Source of the DNA: Octopus vulgaris
Taxonomy: Eukaryota
Assembly (NCBI GenBank): GCA_951406725.2
Contig: OX597823.1
Span: forward strand, 21,266,001-21,330,000
Length of the DNA: 64,000 nt
Direction: 5' to 3'
Shown here: in pieces, positions 14,464 through 28,319 of the stretch
How positions within the stretch are numbered: position 1 is the first letter of the stretch
Layout: every line of letters begins with the position of its first letter
Notes under the pieces: model-generated
The model's database searches: none
Seen by the model: the letters and a program-made list of their open reading frames with translations, nothing else
Told to the model about the DNA's origin: nothing
Program-made: the position numbers and the translations under genes

Positions 14464-14751
14464 CATACATATATGCATATGTATATGTATATATGTGTGT
14501 ATGTATATATAAATGTAAATATATATGTGTCTGTGTGTGTATGTATGTATATAAACAAAGGAAACGGTGGATTTGTTCATAGCATTTTTCGTTACATCAT
14601 CCTGCAATTCGTTAACAATGAAAAATATCAATTATATACCGAAAATCTAAAAACCGAAAGCATTGTGGAATTCCACAAATTGTTGATTCTAAATTCTTTA
14701 CCATTCACATTGGGGTTCCGACGCTTTTATATTATCGACTACAACACACAC

Positions 14752-14787
<36 letters not shown>

Positions 14788-15089
14788 ATAAATTCTTAAA
14801 ATTTGACATGAAACCAATATAATGCACAAATTGCGTAACTAAACCTATTCGCTTGGAATTGTTAACTATTCTAATCCTTACAAGTTACACCGTTTTTCAC
14901 GTTATGTTTATTCGCGTTAACATAAACGAATCCTGTTTGAGAAGTAAATATCTTTCTGGAATTTTGCTACTGGAGTGGATTATAAATGTGTGTGTGTGCA
15001 TACTGGCATGTATGTATGTTTGTATGTATGTGTGTATGTATGTATGTGTGTATGTATGTATGTATGTATGTATGTATGTATGTATGTAT

Positions 15090-15347
15090 TGTTTGTTCCT
15101 TCTCGAGACATACCTGGCTCATAAGGGCCGGTTTCCCGGTTTCCTTGGCGTATAGGTTCCCCCCCACCTGGTCCGGCGCAGGTAAGCGCAAGATGCAGGA
15201 GGAAAGAGTGAGAGAAAGTTGTGGCGAAAGAGTCAGCAGAAGTTCGCCATTACCTTCTGCCGGAGCCGCGTTGTGCCCTGTCTGAGATTCGAACCCGCTA
15301 TCCCACGACCTCGTGTCCATTGCTCTAACCACTAGGCCATGTGCCTC
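15090..15347 (-). mobile_element. tRNA-derived SINE (family C2)
   Basis: Head gaggcacatggcctagtggttagagc...gggttcgaatctc (A and B boxes). Tail gggaaaccggcccttatgagcc...gagaagga is shared with 54662-54908. Confidence 0.8.
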
Positions 15348-15459
15348 CACGTATGCATGTATTAGACATGATTATTTCACAGAATCAACAATACGTCGAC
15401 AATAAAAGTGTGCGTGCAGAGGTGTGCTCATATATATATATATATATATACGAGCGGAT

Positions 15460-15600
15460 TCCTGGTTTTAAGGGTGTCGTTAAAGGCCTCGTTGGAGGCC
15501 CAAGCTTCCGAGTTCTTTCACAGGAGTCGAAAAAACTGAAGGACTGCTGCAATAAGTGTGTGAAATTAAGAGAGGAATATATTGAATAAAATATATGGGT
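15460..15600 (+). pseudogene. Tc1/mariner transposase extreme C-terminal fragment
   Basis: ...KLKDCCNKCVKLREEYIE* resembles the mariner C-terminal KL..RW.KCV...G.Y.E motif. Confidence 0.55.
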
Positions 15601-15728
15601 GAAAATACAGACACACACACACACATATATATAAAGGCAAAATTGATTAGGGATCACAAAAGTGACGGAGAGTCCTGACTAGCACCACTTATCTTAGAAA
15701 TGAGAACCCAGGATCGAAATTTCCCCAA

Positions 15729-15774
15729 GACACCTGATGAAGGCTGGAGGGTATATCAGCCGAAACGTTGTGTT
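15729..15774 (+). ncRNA. Minimal type I hammerhead ribozyme (PLE type)
   Basis: GACAC CTGATGA A GGCTG gagggtatat CAGCC GAAA CG TT GTGTT. Stem I GACAC/GTGTT, perfect 5-bp stem II, palindromic ACGT in place of stem III, cleavage triplet GUU. Confidence 0.85.
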
Positions 15775-17319
15775 AATAACAAACAAGATGAGGACAAGTA
15801 TCCTTCAAATGTTTTAAATGTAAATAATGTACATAATTCCTCATCTCTTAAATATAGAACTGTACGTATCTATAATACTGTAAACCTTCCACATCTTGAT
15901 ATTTCTGCAAATACTCATCATTCAGTTGGTGTCAAGAAAGAGGGAAAGATGTTCAAGGGATATCCTGCTAAATTAGCAGTCGGCAGGATGAATGTAGAGC
16001 AACCAGAACGTACAAGTTACGTCGTAAATATTCAGCCGAAAATCTGTATTATTGAAATGTTAAGAATACATCCAGAATGATCCATTACGAAAGGTATTAA
16101 GTATGAAAATTTAAAATACCTAAGACAAATATTGTGTATGTGTATGTGTGTGCGCGCGTGTATGTGTGTAGACACCGAGGCACCTTACATGGCACCACTT
16201 AATTTGTCTAATTGAGGCAGTTATTGACTGTGATGTAATACATATTACTAGAGAATATTTGGGTCAGCGACCAATATTTACGCGAAATCAATAAACTAAA
16301 GAAGTGAATATCTTATATTCCCATATATGGAAGTTTGATTAAGAGAGAACAACTGCGGTTCTGATGATGGGTATTGAAGGAGAAACACGAGTCCGTAGCT
16401 ATCCTTTTCTCTCGAGACAATCGTACATTTTTAAAAAACATGCTAATTTCGGAAAATTCTTGTGATAATTTTTCCACCTCATATGGAGTTGGTTCAAATG
16501 GCCACCAGATAGGCATTTTATCATCTCTTGAATCACAGTTAATAAAAATAGTTTATCTCATACAAAGAAAATGTGTGTGCTTGCATATCTACCTGTCGAT
16601 ATATATTAACAAATATATAGAGATATAACACCGTTTCTCTTCTCATCTACAAAACTGTTGAATATTGTAGTGCAGAGAATCTCATTCTCCAAAGAGTTCT
16701 TTTCTTCTAAATTTATATATGGAATTTTGAATTTACGCAAAATGAATCATATTTGTGCATATAAATGAATATTGTACAGGCAAATATCTCTTCGATATCC
16801 TGCTGAGAAGTAAATTCACGAATGCTTTTCAATATATCCAGAAAAATATATGAATTACATTTTAATGTATAAGTAACAATTTATATTCAGATATGAATGA
16901 AATTCATTCCAGAGATATTGTACTGGGTTACAAGTTGCCATTAAAATTAGGAGTGATATTACATACATACATAAATAATGGCTGAAACTCGATTTCGAGC
17001 AACGCTATCGCTAGTTGGCAAAGATGAGTACCCCCTGCCGTAGCTGTTCAGAAAACCTATCGTTCACATTGACGCATGCCTTCATTTTCTCATAGAATTT
17101 TTCTTTGAATATTTTTCACTCTCACAGTTACGGCCAGTCACAGCATGCAACATATAATAGTAATGTTCGAAATCAGGTAATGTCTTTGCTTGAAGCTTCT
17201 TCATAAAGTCAACCCCGCATACGAGTACGTATATATATTTATATATATAAATATATGTATGTATAAAACTGTTGTATTATTCTACTCTAATACTTCAGTT
17301 ATCTTTTAATATGTATGCC

Positions 17320-18270
17320 ATCAAAGTGATGTATGGGAAGGGTTGCAATATCTAAAATCTAAATATTGATGTGATTGTGTTCTTATAGTAGAGGTTTGTT
17401 CTAACTGTCTCATTTTCTTTAATTATCAGGATATCCCAAAAGGAGAGTTACCTTTCATTCATTTCCATATTGAATTGGATTGAGACATGAATGCTACTTA
17501 TTTAAGAAATTTTGTAAAGTCCTCCTTATTTCGGTTCCAATATATAAAGCAATCATCTAAAAATCTTTTCTAGTTTCTATAAGATAGGTTTGGAAGTGGT
17601 GATCAAAAGTAGTTCTGGATATTTTTCTTTCAAGTATACCATTACTGGTGTGGAAAATGATGGTGCGACTTTCTTCCCCATCGCAGTGCCTTATACTTGT
17701 AGATAATATTGATTATCAAAGAAGTAGTTGTTTTTCAGTACTATCTGTAAACCTTCAGGTATAAATTCTTTTGAGAATTTCTCTTGAATTCTTTGTGGGT
17801 ATTTGTTTATCGAGAATTCTACTGCTTCTAGCCCATATATATGGAGAATATTTGTGTAGAGACTAGTTACATCAAAGCTAACTAGTACTATCTATTTATC
17901 TACCCGTTCTGGGATATTGTTTAAGAAGTCCATTTCATCTCTGAGGAAACCGGGAACTAATCTGCAGAAAGTTTTTAAAATTATGTCCAGCAACTTGCTT
18001 AATCTTTGGATATTGGCCCTGCAACAATCGGACACACTTTGAGATCAGTTGTTTAAGGAATATTTATATATGGAGTATGAAAGTCTTTTAAGCTGTTGTT
18101 GATCTGTTTAGATGTAAGGATTTTAGAAAGTCCATAAAAATTACTTGATTTCTCTTCAAAATTGGTTAGGTAACCCAACTCTTCTTTTGCTAAATACTCC
18201 TTGAATTTGTTGGTAAATTTGCCAATTTTTCTCATAGTTCGTTTATCAGCATACTTATCTAGTTTGCTGT
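17320..18270 (-). pseudogene. Penelope-like element reverse transcriptase, disrupted
   Basis: Minus-strand translation across stops and frameshifts gives FYGLSKI, PIVAG, LVSFDVTSLYTNI, GTAMGKKVAP, KRFLDDCFI, IQFNME, TNLYYK and SHQYLDF, the ordered PLE RT motif series. Confidence 0.92.
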
Positions 18271-18584
18271 AGAATTGCTATATGTTTATATATATATCGT
18301 AACCCCAACCCCACACAATGCAACCTCACCTCCCTATCCATACCATCCCATCCTAACCCCATCCCTTACACCCACCCTCCGCCTACCCACATACTCCACC
18401 TCTACACCCACCCTCATCCTAACCCAAACCCCATACTTGCTTTCCCCAATCTCGCCTCCCCCACATCCCAACACCATCACATATATGCTCTGATACCTAC
18501 TTGCTTTCTTGACTCCTACCCACCTCCTCACCTTCATCCTCTCCCTTCATTGTCACCCCAACTATATATATATTATACATGTAC

Positions 18585-18617
<33 letters not shown>

Positions 18618-18977
18618 GTGAAACTGCGTGTATTTGTCAATGTGCGGCTTTATAATGTTTCCATAGACACAGAGTTGCCCGTAAGCTTTTTATTCTCTTA
18701 CCTGATTGTAGAGAGTGAGATGATTGATGTGATTGATGTTTATTTTGCACATTTTCGGCTCTGTGCCGTAAGGAAATCACGTTTGCAGTACAAAGAATCT
18801 AACGAGATTCAGTTCTTACTTATCTGTATACATTTTACAGTTGTCTACGTTTGCAAATTTTAATCTGGTTCACAGTCGTAAAACAGTGTGTTATGATGTT
18901 TAATTTAGATTATGCTATTATAAGTATTTGGTGTACACACGCGCTCACACACATACATATGCACACACGTATATATG

Positions 18978-19345
18978 CAGAAGTGGGTGTGCGGTAAGTA
19001 GCTTGCTTACCAGACGCACGGTCCTAGGTTCAGTCCCACTGCGTGGCATCTTGGGCCAGTGTCTTCTACTATAGCCTCGGGTCGACCAAAGCCTTGTGAG
19101 TGGATTTGGTAGACGGAAACTGAAAGAAGCCCGTCTTATATATATATATTTGTGTCTGTGTTCCGCCCCCCACAACCGATGTTGATGTACTTACGTCCTC
19201 GTAACTTAGCTGTTCGGCAAAATCCACCGATAGAATACGCATTAGGCTTACAAAATAATAAGTCCTGGAGTCGATTTGTTCGACTAAAGGTGGTGCTCCA
19301 GCATGGCTGCAGTTAAATGAGTGAGACAAATAAAAGAAAAGAATA
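18978..19345 (+). mobile_element. SINE family B, full length
   Basis: Head, tcttgggccagtgtcttctactatagcc, gacggaaactgaaagaagcccgtc, short internal TA tract and conserved tail. Confidence 0.9.
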
Positions 19346-19644
19346 AAGTAATAGAGATAGAAAGATTTCAAATTTTGAAAAAAGGGAATCAATTTCGGGG
19401 TTTGTGAATAAATCGATCTCATCGATTCCAGAGCTGAACTGGTATTTATTTTATCGCCCTCGAAAGCATTAAATATAAAGTCCACTTTGTCCTTCGACCT
19501 CAGCGGAGTTTGAACTCAAAACATGAATACAGACAAAATGCCGCTAAGAATTTAGCCCGCTATACTTACAATCGTGCCAGCTTGCTTTATATATATAACT
19601 GTGTGTGTGTGAGTGTGTGTGTGTGTGTGTAGAGAGAGAGAGAG

Positions 19645-20070
19645 AACATAACAGACCGGACCTGGTGCTGGTGGACAAGGTGCACCACATGTGCTATAGA
19701 GTTGATGTTGTTTGCCATTTTGACTCACGATTAGTCAAGAAGGAAGGCGAAAATAAAATAGACATATACAATCCTCTCAAGTTTGAAATAGCCCGGCTAT
19801 GGAAAATGAGGAAGGCGAAGATAGCACCAATTTTTGATGGTTCCTTGGGGACAGTATCAGAAGGCATCAAGAGGAATATAAAGGAAATCAGAAAAGAGGG
19901 CCCAGTAGACCTGTTACAAAAAGTTTGCCTCCTTGGCACAGCCAGAATAATCAGGAAAGTATTAGATAGTTAAAAAGAACACTTATCATAGTACCGTTCG
20001 CTGCAGGCATCAAGCCCGCAACGCATGAATGACTCCAGGAGTTACAACAAAACCTGAGATAAAAAGGATA

Positions 20071-20120
<50 letters not shown>

Positions 20121-20147
20121 TAATAATAATAATAATAATAATAATAA
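19645..20147 (+). mobile_element. R4/Dong-clade non-LTR retrotransposon 3' end (restriction-like endonuclease) with (TAA)n tail
   Basis: HNRPDLVLVD...VDV...D...KKE..K...Y.PLKFEIARLW...PI..GSLG...LQKVCLLGTARIIRKVL is the RLE PD..D domain and C-terminus of R4/Dong ORFs, followed by a short UTR and (TAA)n. Confidence 0.9.
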
Positions 20148-20614
20148 TTCTTTCTGCCTTTATGGTAAAAAAAGGTGGTCAAAGAACATTTAAGCCATTA
20201 TAAAAATTAAAGACAATGGAATATTTGTTTGTTAACAATTTTTAAGAGATTCCTCTGTGGAGGGAAAACTCTACCCAGAGGCAACCAATGAACCCCGAAG
20301 ATCCTGGCTCACCTTACTCACTTATTCGACCCAACCTTACTACATTCAACCAATTTTTAACAGATTTACTGGAGTTCATGAGTGTTCAATATGTTGTGAA
20401 GGAGAGGAGTGATGTGGGATTTAAGGGCTTTCTCTTCCTCTGAGTGTAGAATGTTTGTTTCAGTTATGCCCTTTACGAAATGCTTGTTTTCTCTCCTTCC
20501 TTGTGGCATAAAAACTTATCTAATCTCACCGCATATCAGAAAAAATAGACGACCAAAGAAACCACATACATGCAGACATGCATATATATATATATATACA
20601 TATATATACATACA

Positions 20615-20670
<56 letters not shown>

Positions 20671-20678
20671 CATACATG

Positions 20679-20739
<61 letters not shown>

Positions 20740-20743
<4 letters not shown>

Positions 20744-20898
20744 GATGGGATTCTTTCAGTTTCCGTATACCGAATCCCCTCACAAGACTTTGGCCGACAC
20801 CAAGCTATAGTAGAATACATTTGCCTAAGTTACCCCAGAGTGGGACTCAACCCGGAACCTTGTGGTTGGGAAGCAAGCTTCTCAGCACACAGACATGC
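20740..20898 (-). mobile_element. SINE family B 5' half
   Basis: Degenerate head and CORE-like segment running into the TA tract at 20580-20740. Confidence 0.75.
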
Positions 20899-21488
20899 CT
20901 TTTTTATAATATCAAAGAACTTTAGAAGGATCAACTATAATCCATGAGTGCATAGTTGCAAACTGACAATAAGATAGCCTTAAATAAAAAAGGATATGAA
21001 CACACTGCAATGCTGTTCATAAAAGCTCTGGTGGACCAGGGTTGGCCTCGGGTTAAACGACAACATCATAACTTAATGCATGAAGTTTTGAAGCTAATAT
21101 ATTCTGCAGCGGTCATTCACTGAGGTCTGTTCTCTGTACATTTACAATCAACGTTAATCCCGTTGGGATCTGAGACTTAGTCTGTAAACGTTTACCATGA
21201 TAAACAAATAGGCAAGTGACACAAGAAATTTTAATGAGGTAAAAATAATTGGTATCAGAGTTCATTAGGAAGTCTGTACTATGGAAATACGATAAAGAAG
21301 GAGACCAATATGTGAACTACAATATAATGTTTACCTACAGCAGCCACACCGTCATCGCCACTGTCCCCTTCGTCTTCGTTCTTGTCATCATCGCGGTTGT
21401 TCTTTGGCTCAAGATCAATTTTGGTAAAGCTGTAGCAATTTCTTCTACATTTTTTATGCACAATATACATATAATAATACTCTTTTAC

Positions 21489-21875
<387 letters not shown>

Positions 21876-22077
21876 TACACACACAAAAAACATATATACA
21901 TACACCCACTCAAAGACAACGAGGTCGGGCCGCGTTTCCGCTAACTAAATATCGTTCAATGATATTTCTGAAACAACTGCAAGATCCATTGAAGTGCATT
22001 TTCGTAATATGTCACACAGTGGTGTTGATTCGGGAGCCAACTGATTCCGAAACAATCTCTTAAACACGCTGCCATAT

Positions 22078-22500
22078 TCTTTTCTACTCCAGCCACAAGG
22101 CCCGAATTTGGGCGGGGGAGAGGTCAGTCAATTAGATCGACTTCAGAACGTAACTGGTACGTACTTTATCGATCCCCGAAAGGATGAAAGTTAAAGTCGA
22201 CCTCGGCGGAATTTGAACTCAGAACGTAAAGACAGACGAAATACGGCTAAGCATTTCGCCCGGCGTGCTAACGTTTCTTATTTCTTTACTGCCTACAAGG
22301 GACTACACACAAAGGAGACAAACAAGGACAGACAAACGGATTAAGTCGATTATATCGAAACCAGTGCGTAACTGGTACTTTATTTAATCGACCCCGAAAG
22401 GATGAAAGATAATGTCAACCTCGGCAGAATTTGAACTCAGAACATAAAGACAGACGAAATACCACTAAGCATTTCGGCCGCTGTGCTAACGTCTCTGCCA
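22078..22500 (-). mobile_element. SINE family A dimer (tail 1 unit then tail 2 unit)
   Basis: Junction gctaacgtttc|ttatttctttact at ~22278. Confidence 0.9.
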
Positions 22501-23226
22501 CGCTGCCATATTTTAAAAGAAAAGTTCTGTCGATTGACATGTTTGTCTAACATTCCTCGCTTTCTTTCACGTAAGGTGTTGATGGATATAATTTGTGGAG
22601 CATTGATCAATATTTTTCGTTATGTATAGTGTTCACTGTAAGCTGCGCATTTGTGTGTACCGCGGAAATGTTCTGCAACTAAGAATTGGGAAAAAATGTG
22701 AATGAACTTGGTTTACAAAATGAAATCAGAATTTTTTTCTTTTTAATTGAAGAAATTTGACAGACGGTTACTCGAAGGATGCCCATACATTTGCATAAAA
22801 TGACGAAATTTACGTGCGATCTATGCGGTTGCACAAGTACACATACGTGTATTTGCACATTTTATGAGGAAACCCGCGTACTAAATGTTGTCGTTGTTTG
22901 TCTGAGATACAACAGCAAGAATATGAAGAGAGGCACTGTAACTGCGACACGGCATTGTTCCGTACCTAAGTCTATGTCATCCACACACACACACACACAC
23001 ACATGCACACATTCACACGCACGCGCACACACACAAGCACACAAATATACACACACATCAATGCATAAAAGGAGAGAGGGGAGAGAGAGAGAGACTTTCA
23101 ACTGTGGATACTTAGAGAATGAAATATATGTTGTACAAGCGTATGTCATTATAATCCATTGATGTACGGGTCTGCGATGTCTAAGACCTGACAAGATGAC
23201 GCATTCATCATTTATATACGTGTGTG

Positions 23227-23258
<32 letters not shown>

Positions 23259-23269
23259 TGTGTGTGTGT

Positions 23270-23676
23270 ATGTATGTAGCCATATGTGTGTGAGCGAGTG
23301 TCTATGAATGTGTGTATGTATATCATATATGTGTGTGTATCTGTGTATATATATGTATTGTGTGTGTATGTATCTATATATATATATATGTGTGCGTGTG
23401 AGAGTATCTATATATGTGTGTGTGAGCGAGTGTCTATGTATGTGTGTATGTATACCATATATATCTGTGCATGTGTGAATCTATGTATATATATATGTAT
23501 TGTGTGTGTATGTATCTATATATATATGTGTGTGCGTGTGAGAGTATATATATATGTGTGTGTGTGTGAGTATCTATGTATGTGTGTATGTATATCTAAT
23601 ATATGTGTGTATCTATGTATATATATATATATGTATTGTGTATGTATGTATCTATACATGTGTGCGCGTGTGAAAG

Positions 23677-23712
<36 letters not shown>

Positions 23713-23832
23713 AGCATCTATGTAATTGTGTATGTATATCTAATATATGTGTGCATGTGTGTATCTATGTATATATTTATGTATTGTGTGTGTATGTATC
23801 TATACATGTGTTTGCGTGTGAGAGTATATATA

Positions 23833-23845
<13 letters not shown>
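23270..23845. repeat. Higher-order ~140-bp tandem repeat built from degenerate TG/TA microsatellite
   Basis: gtattgtgtRtgtatgtatctata and gcgtgtgaRagtat recur about every 136-148 bp, four times. Confidence 0.75.
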
Positions 23846-23875
<30 letters not shown>

Positions 23876-24224
23876 CTATGCCTGTCTGCATGTGTATCTA
23901 GCATGTGTATGTGTGTATGTATGTAAATATATATCTATGCGTGTGTGTGTGTGTGTGTGTGCGTATGTCAACCGTGAGAACTTTCTTTTCAAAGATATTG
24001 CATTAAAAACACGATTGTATTCGAATTTAATCTCTCGTGCAAGGAAGCTTTCCTATTTCCTTCTTAGTCCTTTATGAATTGCTTACAGATGTAATGTTCT
24101 TAAATCTATTTGTCTATTAAGATTTCAAATCTTTTCCGGTATCATCGTCAGAATAGAGTATCGATATTAATGGTGTGTTATTTGCTAACTTTGCAGCACT
24201 CTACAACGGTTCTTCAAAATATTC

Positions 24225-24665
24225 GGATCTTTTCGGTTTGAACGGCAGTTTTTTCTAGTTTTTTCTATGAAATTGTCACCCATAATTATGACCCTAGTAT
24301 CGATCTATTGCATTTCAATCTCTTTTAGGGTTAAGGTTAGTTAGGGTTAGTTAGGCTTAGGGTAAGGGTGGGGGAAGAGTATCTTTTTTTCTTCACAAAT
24401 GTAAATAAACCCAATCTGTTTCTTAAACGGGGGACATATTCATAAGGTACAGAATGTTTTTTTTTACCTCAATAGACGTCAGTGATTGGTTGAAATTGCA
24501 GAAATTGAAGAAAAAAACACAAATATCTTACAGACTATAGAATTTTCTCAATAAAGCCAAGAGAAAAAGATGTTTTATAAACACATTCTACCAGTATACG
24601 AAGTCTAAAATTTTTTAGTTACCTAGAAATTATGTTAAAAACTGCCATTCAAACCGAAAAGATCC
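24225..24665. mobile_element. MITE with ~30-bp TIRs and 8-bp TSD (Merlin-like)
   Basis: TIRs ggatcttttcggtttgaacggcagtttttt / aaaaactgccattcaaaccgaaaagatcc. Flanking direct repeat aaatattc at 24217-24224 and 24666-24673. GG...CC termini. Confidence 0.88.
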
Positions 24666-25386
24666 AAATATTCTTATGGTCAATAAAGTTGTCAACATCG
24701 CAGTCTAAAATTACAGAACGGTAAAATCATGGTAAATGTCATCATTTATTTCACATATGATATACATGTGGTATAAATTTATTTCACATGTGGTATAGAT
24801 TTCTAATTGTTTATTTTTAAGTTTGTCTATTCTTCTATTAGTAAAGCTTCCTTCGTTATTTTTCTCATCTTTGGAGAGAATCCTATTCAAACTTATAGAG
24901 CTGTCGACTAATACCTTTCTATTTAATGACGTATCACATACTGTGTTCATCAGTTTTTGGTGGAACCTTACTTCAAATGCATATTCAGTGAACCAGAAGA
25001 CATTGTACCAACGTTTCTAATGTAACCGTATATAATCTCTTGTAAATAATGAAGTCTACGACTTTCATTTTTATACGAAAGTTGTGTATTACATTGGATA
25101 ACAGACGTACATTCAGTGGCTTGCTTGATTTCCGCTTCGGGTCGATAAGGGTTTTACCGTTTGATATGTCTGTAATATTTCCTGTCAGTTACTTTTGATA
25201 TTTCTTTTCTATACATAACAATTGTTGTTAGGTTTGGTATGTATCCTTGTTCTATTTTATAAGTTTTAAATAACACATTCATTCACTCTGTATGCTGAGT
25301 GCATTTGAAAATTTCCTACATAAAAGTTATATATATAATTTACGTCAAGTAGATTAAATTTATAATGCTTACATATACAGAAGTAT

Positions 25387-25462
<76 letters not shown>

Positions 25463-25524
25463 ATGTTTATATATATATATACATATAAATGTTTATATAC
25501 ATATATATATATATATACATATAA

Positions 25525-25563
<39 letters not shown>

Positions 25564-25571
25564 TATAAATG

Positions 25572-25608
<37 letters not shown>

Positions 25609-25777
25609 TACATATATGTATGTATACATGTACGTATGCCTTTATGCACGTATGTGTGCGTAAGTGAAAATTTCAACAGGAAGTATCTTCAGTTCCCGTA
25701 AGATAAACAGAAACAAGGAACTTCAGTTGCTTCCTTTTGATGTTATCAGACGAGGATATGCATATATATATATATAC

Positions 25778-25808
<31 letters not shown>

Positions 25809-26111
25809 TGTATGTATGTATGTATCTATGTATCTATGTATGTATCTATGTATGTATGTATGTATGTACTCAGGAATTTATTCCAATCTAGAGTCTCTAG
25901 TCTTTGATCAAAGGACTTGCTTGGTCAACGATGGCCTGGGGTTCAAACAACACCAACAAAACCACAAAAACAATAACTGCGACAGCGACACCAACTACAG
26001 TGTTCTTTTCTATATGAAAAACAATCATATCTACTACTATTATTACTACTACTACTACTACTACTACTACTATTTGTCTTGTATATATATCTGTGTGTGT
26101 GTGTATGTGTT

Positions 26112-26186
<75 letters not shown>

Positions 26187-26416
26187 ATGTGTGTATAAGT
26201 ATGGCGAATTTTTGGAGGCTTGGTCAAAGAAAGAAAGAGGACTTTCTGGCTTCATTAACTTTGTATAACTACTAGACTTTAAAAAATAAGAGGGTGCCCC
26301 AGCATGGCCGCACTCCAATGACTGAAACAGGTAAATGATGAAAGCATATGATAAGGGATTTGCCTACAATTTTCTTATCTACTAAGAAATTTTATAGATA
26401 ATAAGCAATAAATACT

Positions 26417-27243
26417 CTTTCCTGCTCTAGGCTCAAGGCTCGAAATTTTGGGGGAGACGGCCAGTCGATTAGATCGAACCCAGTACGCAACTGGTATTTT
26501 TAATTTATCGACACCGAAAGGATGAAAGGTAAAGTCGACCTCCGCGGAATTTGAACTCAGAACGTAAAGACAGATGTAATACCGCTAAGTATTTCGCCCG
26601 GCATGCAAACGTTTCTTATTTCTTTATTGCCCATAAGGGGCTAAACACAAAGGGGACAAACAAGAACAGACAAAGGGATTGAATCGATTACATCGACCCC
26701 AGTGCGTAACTGGTACTTAATTTACCGACCCCAAAATGATGAAAGGTAAAGTCGACCTCGGCGGAATTTGAAATTAGGACGTAAAGTCAGATGAAATACC
26801 GCTGTTTCGCCCGGCATGCTAACGTTTCTTACTTTTTTATTGCCCACAAGGGGTTAAACACAGAGGTGACAAACAAGATCAAACAAAGGGATTAAGATGA
26901 TTACATTGACCCCAGTGTGTAACTGCTACTTAATTTATCGACCGCAAAAGGACGAAAAATAAAGTCGACCTCAGCGGTATTTGCACTCACAACATAAAGA
27001 CAGACGAAATACCTATTTCTTTACTATCCACAAGGGCTAAACACAGAGAGGACAAACAAGGACAGACAAACAGATTAAGTCGATTATATCGACCCCAGTT
27101 CGTAACTGGTACTTAATTTATCGACCCTCGAAAGGATGAAAGGCAAAGTCGACCTCGGCGGAATTTGAACTCAGAACGTAAAGACAGACGAAATACCGCT
27201 TAGCATTTTGGCCGACATGGTAACGTTTCTGCCAGCTCGCCAC
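26417..27243 (-). mobile_element. SINE family A tetramer (three tail-1 units, then a tail-2 unit)
   Basis: Full head at 27243; junctions at ~27013 (gaaatacc|tatttc), ~26828 and ~26615 (aacgtttc|tta). Confidence 0.92.
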
Positions 27244-27254
27244 CTTTAAAGATA

Positions 27255-27463
27255 TTCTTTTCTACTATAGGCACAAGGCCTGAAATTTGGGGGAGGGGAA
27301 TTGTCGATTTCATCGACTCCAGTGCGTAACTGGTACTTACTTCATCGAAAGGATGAATGGCAAAGTCGACCTCTGCGGAATTTGAACTCAGAGCGTAGCG
27401 ACGGGCGAAATCCTGCTAAGTATTTCGTCCAGCGTGTTGACGTTTCTCCCTGATCGCCGCCTT
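27255..27463 (-). mobile_element. SINE family A monomer, tail type 2
   Basis: Head, core and tail 2, immediately adjacent to the tetramer. Confidence 0.87.
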
Positions 27464-28319
27464 AGTAAGCAATAAACATTACAAAACAAATTCACCACGC
27501 ATCATCAAATCTACACACATATCATAGTAATGTATGACAAGCAGTATTTGTTGCCGCAGTGAATTTCAGTTGTCTCAATCTCACAATCCCTATTATTATT
27601 GGTCACAATTACTCACTGATGCAAAAACACAAGTGCAACGGCATTTTGGAATCACGTGCTCACCTAAGTAATCCAAACAATTATAGAAGGAACACGTTAA
27701 AAATGTCTAAATCTTATCTATCTCGATCTTACAAGTTTATGTGGTCGGAGTTTATTTGGGTTTTCCAAGTGTTTTAGCCTGAGTATACAAGAATCTCTCT
27801 ACCGTTACAGGATGCCTGTCAGTCACAGGGTAAAACCCTAGGTTCTACTGCTACTCATTTGCAGCTGATGTTATTGCTGATGTCTTCTTTCTTCTTCTTC
27901 CAATCAGGACACCCGCCATTAGCCACAAAGAATAATCTTTAATTTGAGCCTACTCTAGGTTACTAAGAATGCGTGTGGCAACTTGAAGATCCACCCACCA
28001 TTGTGAAACCGATATGCTGTTTACTTGGCCAGACGCATTCACAATGAAACACAGACACATTATATTAGGAACATGGCTTAAGTGTTCAGAGTTCACCTCG
28101 TCCGCTCCTGCAATAGTCACTACCAAACTTTAAAGGCGGGTAGAGCCAATAAGAAATCCCACTGATCTGTCGCTTGAGGGAAAATATGCATTTGATACAA
28201 TGGTTTTGGATAAACACTGCTTGATAAAAGAAGTAAGATTGGATGGCCACGACTATAAGGGTTTTCATAGTAGATCTACTGAATTAAGCATGAGTTGGAC
28301 ATAAGAGCAATAACAAGGG

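Noticed and set aside
16353-16399. CTGATGA...GAAACACGAGTC hammerhead-like string
   Set aside because: Stem II does not pair and the possible stem I is offset by 3 nt; could be chance.
24711-25100. Possible decayed GIY-YIG or other TE coding sequence on the minus strand (KRWYN-like motif)
   Set aside because: Only one short motif with multiple stops; cannot be supported without an HMM search.
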